A stretch of DNA of 64,000 bases from an uncultured virus (IMG/VR IMGVR_UViG_3300042988_001414) (Duplodnaviria > Heunggongvirae > Uroviricota > Caudoviricetes), in the IMG/VR virus record IMGVR_UViG_3300042988_001414; one strand, written 5' to 3'. The translations under genes were made by a program, and so were the position numbers. The notes below the pieces were generated by a model. The model saw nothing but the letters and a program-made list of their open reading frames with translations. It was not told the origin of the DNA and did no database searches. Below, piece by piece: positions 55,518-64,000 of this stretch (position 1 is its first letter; every line of letters begins with the position of its first letter).

Positions 55518-56284
55518 CGGATCTCCTTCGGCACGAGCGTCATGACCCACATGTCCGCGAACGTCTCGGTCTCGAAGAACGAGGAAGCGATCCACGCGAA
55601 GCCGCCATCACCCCAGTCCTCACCCCACGAGTTGAGGACTCGGAAGGCATCGCGCGTCTTCGAGTAGCCGACGACGACCTGCGCGTGGCCGCCGACAGCC
55701 TTGCCTCCGCGCTCGTAGATGCCGCTGCCTCGGAGGTTGAGGTACGCGTCATCGACGACCATCCCGAACATCGGAACGAGGCCCTTCATCAGAGCGAGGC
55801 GCATGGCCATCGGGGCATCGGCGCCGCGCTTGATTCGGTAGAAGCCTCCAACGCGGGCGGTGTCTCCGGCGACGAAGGCGTCGAGCGGCGGGACGTTGTT
55901 CGCTTCGGCCTCGGTCTCCGGCCAGCGCGACTCGGCGACGAGCCCGAAGTCGCGCATGGAGCGAAGTGCATGACGGAACATGCAGCCCGTGTCGGTGATC
56001 GGCGGGCCAGCGGCGAGGCGAGCCAGCGAGTAGGCCCAGAGCGCGGACGGTCTTGCGAGCTCGACACCTTCGACGCCGGCGGTGATGACCGCCGCGTTCG
56101 CGATCGAGTGACCGACGCACGAGTTGAGCTTCTGCCGCTGGATCGCGTCGACGTGTTGCGACAGGTCTAGCGATGCGATCTCGCCGGACCGGCCGACGCC
56201 GAGAAGGCCGCGCGAGTGGATGACCGGATGCGTGTCGAAGAACCAGTCACGGTTGTCTTCGACGTCCTCGATGTAGCCGAGCAT
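55514..56284 (-). CDS. Papain-like (C1A) cysteine peptidase
   Basis: Q...NSCVGH, GGHAQVVVGY, LNSWGEDWGDGG. Confidence 0.9.
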   Translation of the reverse strand: MLGYIEDVEDNRDWFFDTHPVIHSRGLLGVGRSGEIASLDLSQHVDAIQRQKLNSCVGHSIANAAVITAGVEGVELARPSALWAYSLARLAAGPPITDTGCMFRHALRSMRDFGLVAESRWPETEAEANNVPPLDAFVAGDTARVGGFYRIKRGADAPMAMRLALMKGLVPMFGMVVDDAYLNLRGSGIYERGGKAVGGHAQVVVGYSKTRDAFRVLNSWGEDWGDGGFAWIASSFFETETFADMWVMTLVPKEIR

Positions 56285-56760
56285 CACGGCGCCCCAGCGT
56301 CCGACGCTTGCCACACGACGCCAGCCTTCCGAGCTCCGTTGCGTTGCGAGATCAGTTCTCGGATGAGCGGGATGAGGTCCTTCGCGACGCCGCAGATCTT
56401 CGACAGCGCGTCAGCGTCATCGCTGGACGATGCGAAAATGCATGTGATCGCCGCTGCGTCGAGGGCCGACTTTGCGGCCTGCTTCGGCGAGAGCAGCGAG
56501 CACCCCGGGAGGGCGGCCGCTCCGATCATCGTCGCGCTCAGGATGAGCGCAGGCAGCAGTGAGCTCGGACCCTTCGGAGGCTGCTCATCGTCTCCGTTCG
56601 AGAGGCGAAACGCAGCCGGAAGGTTCAGCGCTGCGAAGCCGGCGGCGAACTCGACCCACCCGATCTTGCCGAGCGCAAGGCACACGATGAGGCCCACGAG
56701 GAACGTCCCGTAGAGGGCAAGAGCGAGGACCGACCGATGGAGCTTGATCATGGATGTCAC
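56284..56760 (-). CDS. Membrane protein (holin-like) with internal lipobox
   Basis: Two N-terminal TMs, then LILSATMIGAAALPGC. Confidence 0.55.
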   Translation of the reverse strand: MTSMIKLHRSVLALALYGTFLVGLIVCLALGKIGWVEFAAGFAALNLPAAFRLSNGDDEQPPKGPSSLLPALILSATMIGAAALPGCSLLSPKQAAKSALDAAAITCIFASSSDDADALSKICGVAKDLIPLIRELISQRNGARKAGVVWQASDAGAP

Positions 56761-56925
56761 CTGTATTCGTCTTTCCGTTCGATCGACTCGACGCGCTCTT
56801 GGAGTGCGGCGACCTTCTCAACGAGCGACTCGAGAAGCGCGATGACGGCCTGATGGAACGACTCGTCTCTGGCGGACTCCCTGACGTCTTCGAGTCGCCT
56901 GCGAATCACGTGCATCGGATCGCTC

Positions 56926-57438
56926 CTACTGTTGGATGTGCGTCGGCTGGTAGGGCTGCTGTTGATGCGATGCTGTGTAGGCCTGCGCCAAGATGTTGAG
57001 CACGGCGACGATGAACGAGAGGACGAGTGACAGCTTCGTCAGCTTCTTGACGTTGGTGACGTCGTTCGACACCGCCGTCTGTCCGACGACCAGCGCGCTC
57101 GTCGCTGCGCCCGCCGTTGCGGCTCGAGCCATGGCGCCCTTCTCGAGTGCGTCGATCCTCTTGTCGAACGCTTCGAGTCGGTCGTTCGTGATCGACTGAG
57201 CCGCGAGGATCTGCTCTCCGACCGTGACGCGGATCTCTTGCGAGGACTGACGTACGCTTTCGGCGAGGTCCTTGTGCGCGCCGGAGTGCCGACGCACGGC
57301 CTCATCGTGGCGCGTGTCGACGGCACGAAGCGCGTCGATGTCCGTCCTGAGATCCTGGGTGACCTGCTTGACGGCGCGTGCGACCTCGGTGGAGATCAGG
57401 AGGCGCATCTTGGCGAGGTCTTCGTTCGTCATGGTCAC
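56926..57438 (-). CDS. Coiled-coil protein with C-terminal TM helix
   Basis: LSLVLSFIVAVLNILA. Confidence 0.6.
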   Translation of the reverse strand: MTMTNEDLAKMRLLISTEVARAVKQVTQDLRTDIDALRAVDTRHDEAVRRHSGAHKDLAESVRQSSQEIRVTVGEQILAAQSITNDRLEAFDKRIDALEKGAMARAATAGAATSALVVGQTAVSNDVTNVKKLTKLSLVLSFIVAVLNILAQAYTASHQQQPYQPTHIQQ

Positions 57439-57782
57439 TCCGTCTTGGCAGTGCTCTCGATGGCAGACAGCGCGGCCTCGCGTTGAGCGAGCTCGAACGC
57501 CTTGGCCTCGATGGCGGATGCCCTGCGTGCGAGCTCGTCGGGGTCGGAGACGACCCGTTCGTGCGCCTCGACCACCTTCGGGATGATGCCAGCAAGGAAC
57601 GTGAGGAAGAGCGACTGTAGATCAGTCGGGAGCTCCGATACGGGGAAGCGCACGGTGGGCTCGGGGACTCCGAGCTGCCGCACGAATTCGCCGGGCACAT
57701 GCTCGGACTCGCGAACGGCCGACACGGAAACGAGCACGGACGCCGACCCGGCGTCGTAGATCATCGACAAGACCTCTTGCAT
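57435..57782 (-). CDS. Hypothetical protein (tail-associated)
   Basis: Coupled ORF after fibre genes. Confidence 0.55.
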   Translation of the reverse strand: MQEVLSMIYDAGSASVLVSVSAVRESEHVPGEFVRQLGVPEPTVRFPVSELPTDLQSLFLTFLAGIIPKVVEAHERVVSDPDELARRASAIEAKAFELAQREAALSAIESTAKTE

Positions 57783-57791
57783 TGGAACCTC

Positions 57792-58517
57792 TCAGGCGAC
57801 CGTGAAGGACGCGATCGAATAGACGCCAGCGGGACGGAACCCGAGGACAGCTCGATTGCCTGCGGCCATCGTGATCGTCGTGCCGGTTCCGGTCGAGATG
57901 ACGATGACGTTACCGGTCCCGTTGTGATGGATGTACGCCGAGTAAGAGCGATCGGCGGACGATGGGTGAGGGAACGTCATCGTGCGGGACGCGGTGAGAG
58001 CGCCGGTGAACTCGATGTGCTTCCGCGAGTAGTCGCCGGCGAGAAGCGTCTGGTTCGCGTCGGCCATCGCCTTCGTCGTCAGTCCGTGGACTCCGAACGG
58101 CTGCGAGTTACCGATGATCGGGACGCCCGCATACATCAGCGAGCCGTCGGCCTTGAGCTGCGTGACGAACGATGATCCGTTCCACACCTTCAGCTCGGCG
58201 TTGCCGCTGACCTGATTCAGGAGCCAGTACGAGAAGCCGGAGACGTCATCGCCGATGATCGCCTCGTTCGAGGCGTTCAGCCGAGCGAGCTTGATCGCAA
58301 CGGCTGTCGTCGTGCGAGAGAGAACCGCGTAGTCGTTCGCGAGACGGAGGCCGCTTCCAGTCGGCGTGGTCGCGCCGATGGCGACCGCGTCCGCCGCCGC
58401 GGCCACGTTGGTCTGAGCGGAGAACCCGCCCGCGCCGTTGGATGTTTGGATCGCGCCAGACGCGCCGCTCGAAGTCGCGCCTCCGCCTGCACCGCCGCCG
58501 CCTTGAACGAGTCCCAT
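57792..58517 (-). CDS. Tail fibre-like protein
   Basis: Gly/Ser/Thr-rich; IEFTGALTASRT. Confidence 0.6.
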   Translation of the reverse strand: MGLVQGGGGAGGGATSSGASGAIQTSNGAGGFSAQTNVAAAADAVAIGATTPTGSGLRLANDYAVLSRTTTAVAIKLARLNASNEAIIGDDVSGFSYWLLNQVSGNAELKVWNGSSFVTQLKADGSLMYAGVPIIGNSQPFGVHGLTTKAMADANQTLLAGDYSRKHIEFTGALTASRTMTFPHPSSADRSYSAYIHHNGTGNVIVISTGTGTTITMAAGNRAVLGFRPAGVYSIASFTVA

Positions 58518-58518
58518 G

Positions 58519-58980
58519 TCACTCGTACTCCACCGCGACCTGGAAGGCCGCGGTCGCGTCGTAGGTGAACGTTGCGTCGGTGGACGACACCGACCAGAAG
58601 AGTCCTGTCGAGAAGGCGCGCGGTCGAACGAGGTCGATCGAGAACGCCTCTCCGGCCTTCACCTTCACCGGGCAGAAGAGCTGTCCGGTGGCTCCGTTGC
58701 CGGGGCGGGTGAGCGAGTTGAAGATGAAGATGTATTTGTCGGAGCCGCCGGTGTTGCGTCCGAAGATCTGATGGAGCTTGCCGCCCGCGTTCTTGACCTG
58801 CTTCTCGGTGACCGCCGCACCGGAGTCCTGCCAGATGGTGTTGGCCGGCTGCGTGTTGACGAGGAGCCTGCCGCTCGCGTCGCACTGCGCTTCGCTCGTG
58901 TCGCCGTTGACGAGCGTCGGCGTGACGGAGTTGTAGCGGAGAAACGGAAGGAACTTGAAGACGTTGTCGAGCCACGCCAT
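58519..58980 (-). CDS. Virion structural protein
   Basis: Beta-rich; within the tail cluster. Confidence 0.6.
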   Translation of the reverse strand: MAWLDNVFKFLPFLRYNSVTPTLVNGDTSEAQCDASGRLLVNTQPANTIWQDSGAAVTEKQVKNAGGKLHQIFGRNTGGSDKYIFIFNSLTRPGNGATGQLFCPVKVKAGEAFSIDLVRPRAFSTGLFWSVSSTDATFTYDATAAFQVAVEYE

Positions 58981-58989
58981 GGAGTCACC

Positions 58990-59886
58990 TCAGGGGCGGA
59001 AGACTTGCGCGCAGAGATTCAGGTTGACCAGCGTGACCGTGCCGCCCGCCGCGCCCGCGTCTGCCTTGTGAAGGACCTTGAACGTGTGCGTGCCCGCGAC
59101 GGTCGCGACGAAGACTCCGTTGAAGCATCGCGCGGTGTACTCGTTCAGAGCGGCCGTCTTGATCTTCTGTTCTGTGAGACCGACCATCACCAGCGTCGAG
59201 CTCGGCGGCGTGTAGCAACCAACCTGCGTCCAGTGGAACGAAGGCGTAGCGTCTCCTTGGTAGCCGTAGGCCTGACCGGTGATGACGACGCGATCGTTGA
59301 CCTCGAGAGTCAGGGCCAGCGAGATCGTGCCGGCATCGGCGTACGTCGTCGACGTGGTCGATCGAGGGCCTGCGTCCGTGCCGTAGGTGACGGAGACCAA
59401 GCCGTTCTGGACGTACGCCGGAAGGATCTTGGAGCCGCCCTCCGATGCAGCCATCTTCGCGACCGCGAGCCGCGCGTTCGCATCGAGCTTGGCCAGACCG
59501 TTCGCGACGTCGACGGAGAGGTACGCCTCCCAAAGCCATCGACCAGCGCCGCCGCCGACCGACGTAGGCGTGACGACGAACGGATCGAGCGCGGTTGCCG
59601 CCGAGCTCGCATCGTAGATGTAGAGCCCGACGCCATCGACGATGATGACCGCGTTTTCGGTCAGATCCGTGATGGCTCGTAGCGCGGTGAGCGATGCCGC
59701 GTAACGGAGCTTTCGCACGCCGCCGTTGTCGGGGTCGACCGCGATGATGCGATCGCGAGCGAAGCGCGCGCGGTCGGCCGCGTTCTGCAACGCGGTCTCG
59801 ATCGAGCCAGCCGTTCGCGCGTCGCCAACGACGGGACAGGTCTGCGACGGGAAGGACCCGATGTTGTCGGTGAGGGTCTTGGGCAT
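58990..59886 (-). CDS. Tail fibre protein
   Basis: N-terminal ALQNAADRAR anchor; VANGLAKLDA. Confidence 0.65.
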   Translation of the reverse strand: MPKTLTDNIGSFPSQTCPVVGDARTAGSIETALQNAADRARFARDRIIAVDPDNGGVRKLRYAASLTALRAITDLTENAVIIVDGVGLYIYDASSAATALDPFVVTPTSVGGGAGRWLWEAYLSVDVANGLAKLDANARLAVAKMAASEGGSKILPAYVQNGLVSVTYGTDAGPRSTTSTTYADAGTISLALTLEVNDRVVITGQAYGYQGDATPSFHWTQVGCYTPPSSTLVMVGLTEQKIKTAALNEYTARCFNGVFVATVAGTHTFKVLHKADAGAAGGTVTLVNLNLCAQVFRP

Positions 59887-59887
59887 A

Positions 59888-60901
59888 TCAACACTCCATT
59901 GTCCCGCGAATGCCTGAGACGCCGATTGGTGCGTTGCCACTCACTGTGGGGTGACCGAAGGTGATGATCCCCGCGGACGCGTCCCTCATTCCCTCGACCC
60001 ACCAAAGCTTGTGGTACCCGATCGAGTTGATGGACCTGTAGGTCGCTGTGACATGCCGGAACGACGGAGTGCCGTTGGTGATGTGTCCGATGTTGAAGTC
60101 CGCATCGTTGGTGCCAGATGAATCGACCCCGATTCCAACGCTCGCGACCCAACTGTTTGCGGCAGCTGACGCAGCCGCAGCGTTGCACCTGACAGCGATG
60201 TCCACCTCGGCTCCAAGAAGCCCGGCGACATACTCGACATATTCTGTTGAGCCAGCGGCCCGGGCTCGCCAAACGAGAGTGGTCGTCTGAATGGTCCAGG
60301 TTCCGGACTGCGTGTAAAGAAGCGTTCGCTTCACGCGGTTGGCGTGATTCCAAACGAGCCTCTTCGATGTGCTGTCGACGGTGGTGTTCGCAGCGCTTCC
60401 TCGGATGGTTCCGACGTAGCGATCCGTTGGCGTTCCGGTCTTGACCAGAGCCCCATCCTGGTAGGCAAGCGCGGTCGCCCTGGTAGTGTCGTTCGTCCAC
60501 GCGGTGAGCGACAGGACAACCGCAGAGCCGTTCCAGCTTGCGAAGACGTCATAGTTGACGCCGGTGGAGACGATGCCCGAGAGAGAAAGCGAGACCTCGG
60601 CGGTCGTGCGCGGGACCCAGAAGCCAAGCGTCGAGTCGTAGATCGCGATCTGGTTGTGCGCGAACGGAGTGAGGTAGAGAGTTGTCCCGCCAGCCGAGTC
60701 GGTCAGCGGACTTCCGGACACGAGCCCGAGACGAAAGCCGTTCACGCCAGCCGCGCCCACGCTTAGCCGGTTGAGCAGGTAACGCGTTCGGTTCGCGAGA
60801 AGCTGAAGATGAGCCAGCACGCCAGCCGCGTTGCGGATGTCGGACCCAGCCGGAGCGGTCGCGGTAGGGAACGCATCGACGTCAGTGATGTTGACGGGCA
60901 T
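59888..60901 (-). CDS. Tail fibre protein
   Basis: LQLLANRTRYL anchor motif typical of myovirus fibres. Confidence 0.7.
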   Translation of the reverse strand: MPVNITDVDAFPTATAPAGSDIRNAAGVLAHLQLLANRTRYLLNRLSVGAAGVNGFRLGLVSGSPLTDSAGGTTLYLTPFAHNQIAIYDSTLGFWVPRTTAEVSLSLSGIVSTGVNYDVFASWNGSAVVLSLTAWTNDTTRATALAYQDGALVKTGTPTDRYVGTIRGSAANTTVDSTSKRLVWNHANRVKRTLLYTQSGTWTIQTTTLVWRARAAGSTEYVEYVAGLLGAEVDIAVRCNAAAASAAANSWVASVGIGVDSSGTNDADFNIGHITNGTPSFRHVTATYRSINSIGYHKLWWVEGMRDASAGIITFGHPTVSGNAPIGVSGIRGTMEC

Positions 60902-60908
60902 GGAGTCC

Positions 60909-61574
60909 TCAGACGGTCAGATATGAAGTCGGCGTGTCCCACGTAGCGAACGGGTCATCGTCCCAAGTCGCGCCAGGAAGCGAGTCCCATGTCAGGTCGG
61001 CTGTCGTTCCGTGAACGACGACGAGGTAGCGGCAAGACGAGTGCAGCGCCTTCCACTTGCGAATGAGGACGCGCAGTCGAGTCAGCGCGTCCTCGGGCAT
61101 GTCACCGGCCCACGAGCCGCCGTCTTCCCAGATGCCGCCGTCGCCCCAAGTCCCATCGGCGAGGAACGTCTCGGCCCACGGGAACGGTTGGTAGATGTAA
61201 ACGTCGAACTCCCACCAATTCAGCGACCCATCACCCGCCGCAGTGACGACCTGGAAGGTGGTGTACCCCGCTTGTTGGAGCGCGGCCTCGATGGCTTGTA
61301 CGGTGCCCGACAGGTCCCACGTGATCCACGCATCGCGGATGCGTTGGCGAACGGACGACTCGGTCTCGTTCCACGCAGGAGGAAGGTTCTTCTCGGCGAG
61401 CAGCGAGGCGAGCGAGGAGACGTGCGCGAAGTCTACGAAGCGCTGGAACACCGCCGTCATGGCAGCCTGACGGAAGGCGTCCTTCATCATGCCGAGGCAT
61501 CGATTCCAGAGCGATCCGTTCTCGCCGGCGAGCCACGCCGGAGCGGATGCGACTTGGTAATCGTCGTAGTCCAT
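60909..61574 (-). CDS. Baseplate wedge / P2 gpI-like protein
   Basis: Follows J; ETESSVRQRI..AW..W..SGT..AI..AL. Confidence 0.7.
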   Translation of the reverse strand: MDYDDYQVASAPAWLAGENGSLWNRCLGMMKDAFRQAAMTAVFQRFVDFAHVSSLASLLAEKNLPPAWNETESSVRQRIRDAWITWDLSGTVQAIEAALQQAGYTTFQVVTAAGDGSLNWWEFDVYIYQPFPWAETFLADGTWGDGGIWEDGGSWAGDMPEDALTRLRVLIRKWKALHSSCRYLVVVHGTTADLTWDSLPGATWDDDPFATWDTPTSYLTV

Positions 61575-62692
61575 CAGCTCGCCGCCGTGGTGACGAGGAA
61601 GGTCGGCACCCAGATCTCGTTGTCGAGAAGGGCGAAGTCGGTGGCAGGAGCGCTCATCTCGAGGTCGGTGACCCCGTCGACGTCCAGGGCGCGGATGATC
61701 TTCTCTCTGGAGACCTTCTTCGCGCCGATGTCGAGCGTGCGTGCGAACGCGTTGACGGCCTTCTGCGCTGCGGAGATGACGCCGGCAGGATCGCGCCCGA
61801 GCTCAATGGCGAGCACCGCGACCACGGACTGCGCGTTCACGCCAGCGTTGAGCGTGAGGATGTCAGGCACGCCGAGCGGCCTGCGTGAGAGCACCGCCGT
61901 GTCTGCTAGTGCGAGCGCCGCCGTCGAGACGGGACCCGAATCGCCAGCGACAACAACGCGTACAGCGCCAGCGCCCGGAGAGTAGGGACGAACGCGGGTG
62001 ATCTCAGCACTCGAAGAAGCCGCGCGATATCGATAACCCGCTTCGTCCGCGCCGCTTCCGATCTGGGCCCACTTGTCGAGGCATCGTGCGGCATAGCGAT
62101 CGTTCGACTCCTTGTCTGCGCCTTGCTGAGTGATCCACGTGCCGGTGTCGAGCGATGGGTTCGACATCGTGACGCCGGGGATCGGGGTGAGGACTTCGGT
62201 GAGAGCGAGGTTGCCGACGTTCCAATCGACGCCCGCCGTCTCCGCCTCGAAGGTCAGATCGACGTAGCCGTTGAGCGGAACGACTCCCGCTTCGACGTTG
62301 CGGAAGCGAAGCGTCTTGTCGGCATTCGCGACCCAGAAGCTGGAGTCGTTGATCGTGACCGGACCGACGGCGGCCGAGTCGGTGAGACGGACCTTGCCGC
62401 GCGTGTAGACCGCAGCCTTCCGCTCTTCGGAGAAGACGTTCTCGCCGAGGAGATCGACCCAGTCGTCGGACACCTGCCCCGCGTACTTGATGTAACCGCC
62501 GAGTCCGATCTTCTGGACCGACGTGGCGAGGTCGACAAGCAGTGAGCTCTCGCCCTCGACCGTGTGACGCATGAAGCTCGCGGTCTGCCACGATGCCGTC
62601 GGGAAGCCTGCGATGCGGAGGAGCGTGACGAACTTGTCGAGGATGACGTCCTTCGTCTCGACCGTCAGCAGATCAAGGATAGAGACGCTCAT
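61574..62692 (-). CDS. Baseplate J-like protein
   Basis: AETAGVDWN, GADKESNDRYAAR, GAGAVRVVV. Confidence 0.85.
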   Translation of the reverse strand: MSVSILDLLTVETKDVILDKFVTLLRIAGFPTASWQTASFMRHTVEGESSLLVDLATSVQKIGLGGYIKYAGQVSDDWVDLLGENVFSEERKAAVYTRGKVRLTDSAAVGPVTINDSSFWVANADKTLRFRNVEAGVVPLNGYVDLTFEAETAGVDWNVGNLALTEVLTPIPGVTMSNPSLDTGTWITQQGADKESNDRYAARCLDKWAQIGSGADEAGYRYRAASSSAEITRVRPYSPGAGAVRVVVAGDSGPVSTAALALADTAVLSRRPLGVPDILTLNAGVNAQSVVAVLAIELGRDPAGVISAAQKAVNAFARTLDIGAKKVSREKIIRALDVDGVTDLEMSAPATDFALLDNEIWVPTFLVTTAAS

Positions 62693-63084
62693 GACACCTC
62701 GAGAAGGTCCGCCGAGATCTGGGTGATGGACGCGGTGAGCGAGAAGTCGCGATCGTCCAAGAGGACGCCGACGGCGCGGACGGTGAGCGTGAACTTCGAC
62801 GCGTCGAGCTCCATCGTCACCGTCATTCGCTGGATGCGTTCATCCTTCTCCGCTTCGATGCCCGCACGGGCCGCGTAACGGCGAAGGTCGCTCGCAGACA
62901 GATCCTCGTTGAGTAGATCGCGGAGGTCGAATCCAGCGTCTCGGTCGTATTCGAGCTGGGCCTCCTCCGTCGTCCAGCGCCGGAGCACGGCTTCCGCAAC
63001 CGACCTCTTGTCGGAGATCCCTCGCCCGGTGACATCGAGGTCTGGGAAGGTGGAGACGTCAGAACCGTACTGATCAAGCGCCAT
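62689..63084 (-). CDS. Baseplate gp25/gpW-like protein
   Basis: AVLRRWTT..G.DL...EKDERI; between the spike and J genes. Confidence 0.7.
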   Translation of the reverse strand: MALDQYGSDVSTFPDLDVTGRGISDKRSVAEAVLRRWTTEEAQLEYDRDAGFDLRDLLNEDLSASDLRRYAARAGIEAEKDERIQRMTVTMELDASKFTLTVRAVGVLLDDRDFSLTASITQISADLLEVS

Positions 63085-63085
63085 G

Positions 63086-64000
63086 TCACGCGCTCGCCTT
63101 CGTGGTGATCGAGTAATTGGTCGGAAGGTTGGCGACGACTTGGAGTGCTGTCGCTGCCGCGATGACTCCGGCCGCGGTGCCAGCCGAGAGAGCGTTGATC
63201 GGCGAGTTGAGGAATGGTTGCAGCGATGCGAGGAACGCATTCAGCGCAACCATGAACGGGGTGAGCGTGGCCTGCGTAACGACGCCCGTGCCTCCCGTCC
63301 CGATCTCGTTCATCGCCGCGGCTAGCTTCGCGGAAGCTGGTGTGAGCTCCAACGTCGTGGGACCAACCGAGACCTTGGCCGACGTGACCGCCGTGACGGT
63401 GATCTCCAACAGCCCGCTTGAGTCGATGACCACCGCACGCGGTGACTTGGGCGAGCCGTCCGCAAACTCGACGTGGACGCGAGCGCCCGGCTTGACCTTC
63501 GCTTCGATGCCTGGGATTCCGTAAGCGATGGGGATCTTCGTCATGCCCGGCATCGACGGATCGTCGAGCTTCAGGTCGAGCGTCCCATCGCCTCGCTGAG
63601 AGACGACCTTGCCGGCGCGCACGGCGAAGAAGTCGACGTGCTTGGTCTCCTGTCGCACGAGCCCAGCGATGGCCGTGCGGAGCGGGTCGGCGGAGGAGCC
63701 ATCACCGAACGCGACGGTCGTGCGAGTCTTGCCCGACTCGATCGTGTGCTCTACGCGTTCGACCTTGCGACCGGAGAACGTGACGCCAGGGACGAGCGAT
63801 GGCGACTCGCTCGCGAGCGTCATCCTGGACTCTTTGGGGTCTTCGGTGAGGACGACCAGATCCTTCAGTGTCGCGGTCGGCCATGTCTCGGTACCGATCC
63901 AGATGGTCCCATCGGCGAGCACACGCCAGGTCGCGCCGATGTCATCGAGCAAGACCTCCAACGCCTCGCTGACGGTGCCCGCGTGACGAGTCCAGAACGG
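63086..64000 (-). CDS. Baseplate hub/spike (gpD-gpV-like) protein, 5' end outside the window
   Basis: WRVLADG; OB-fold GKVVSQ...IPIAYGIPG...PGARVHVEFADG. Confidence 0.7.
   Translation of the reverse strand, partial: PFWTRHAGTVSEALEVLLDDIGATWRVLADGTIWIGTETWPTATLKDLVVLTEDPKESRMTLASESPSLVPGVTFSGRKVERVEHTIESGKTRTTVAFGDGSSADPLRTAIAGLVRQETKHVDFFAVRAGKVVSQRGDGTLDLKLDDPSMPGMTKIPIAYGIPGIEAKVKPGARVHVEFADGSPKSPRAVVIDSSGLLEITVTAVTSAKVSVGPTTLELTPASAKLAAAMNEIGTGGTGVVTQATLTPFMVALNAFLASLQPFLNSPINALSAGTAAGVIAAATALQVVANLPTNYSITTKASA

Larger units (their letters stand above)
1..64000. mobile_element. Temperate tailed phage (contractile-tail type), partial genome
   Basis: Terminase, portal, baseplate J, endolysin, integrase, CI/Cro and replication genes are spread across the whole window; no host housekeeping context. 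Confidence 0.95.

Noticed and set aside
62882..62894. Partial match CGAAGGTCGCTCG to the dispersed repeat
   Set aside because: Only 13 nt, lacks the palindromic second half; may be chance in high-GC DNA

Overview
High-GC (roughly two-thirds G+C by eye) temperate myovirus-type phage segment, apparently in its excised/circular configuration. The minus-strand late operon leaves the window on the left (terminase, DUF935-like portal) and re-enters on the right (baseplate, fibres, lipoproteins, papain-like protease, endolysin). Between these lie a leftward replication operon (Rep with iteron-like repeats, primase, DnaB, RusA, DNA MTase, KilA-N), an immunity switch (Cro / CI-like / ImmA-IrrE peptidase) and a long rightward early region (DUF932-like, dUTPase, SbcCD, DnaA-C, DnaN, xis-int). 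Main highlights: (1) a stand-alone Cas7/RAMP-like gene plus partner gene flanked by two non-coding arrays of GGC-NN pentamers punctuated by 4-nt units, a candidate RNA-guided system with a non-contiguous guide code; (2) an array-less type IV-B CRISPR-Cas-like operon (Csf1, Cas11-like/Csf2 fusion, Csf3) followed by an MTase, IbrA/IbrB-like genes and CysH; (3) a tRNA-like RNA with a 12-bp anticodon arm; (4) a tRNA-Gln(TTG) 3' half inside the integrase gene, a probable Mx8-style attP; (5) a dispersed 33-37 bp palindromic repeat. All protein calls come from motif recognition by eye, not database searches. A myxobacterial host is only an inference.
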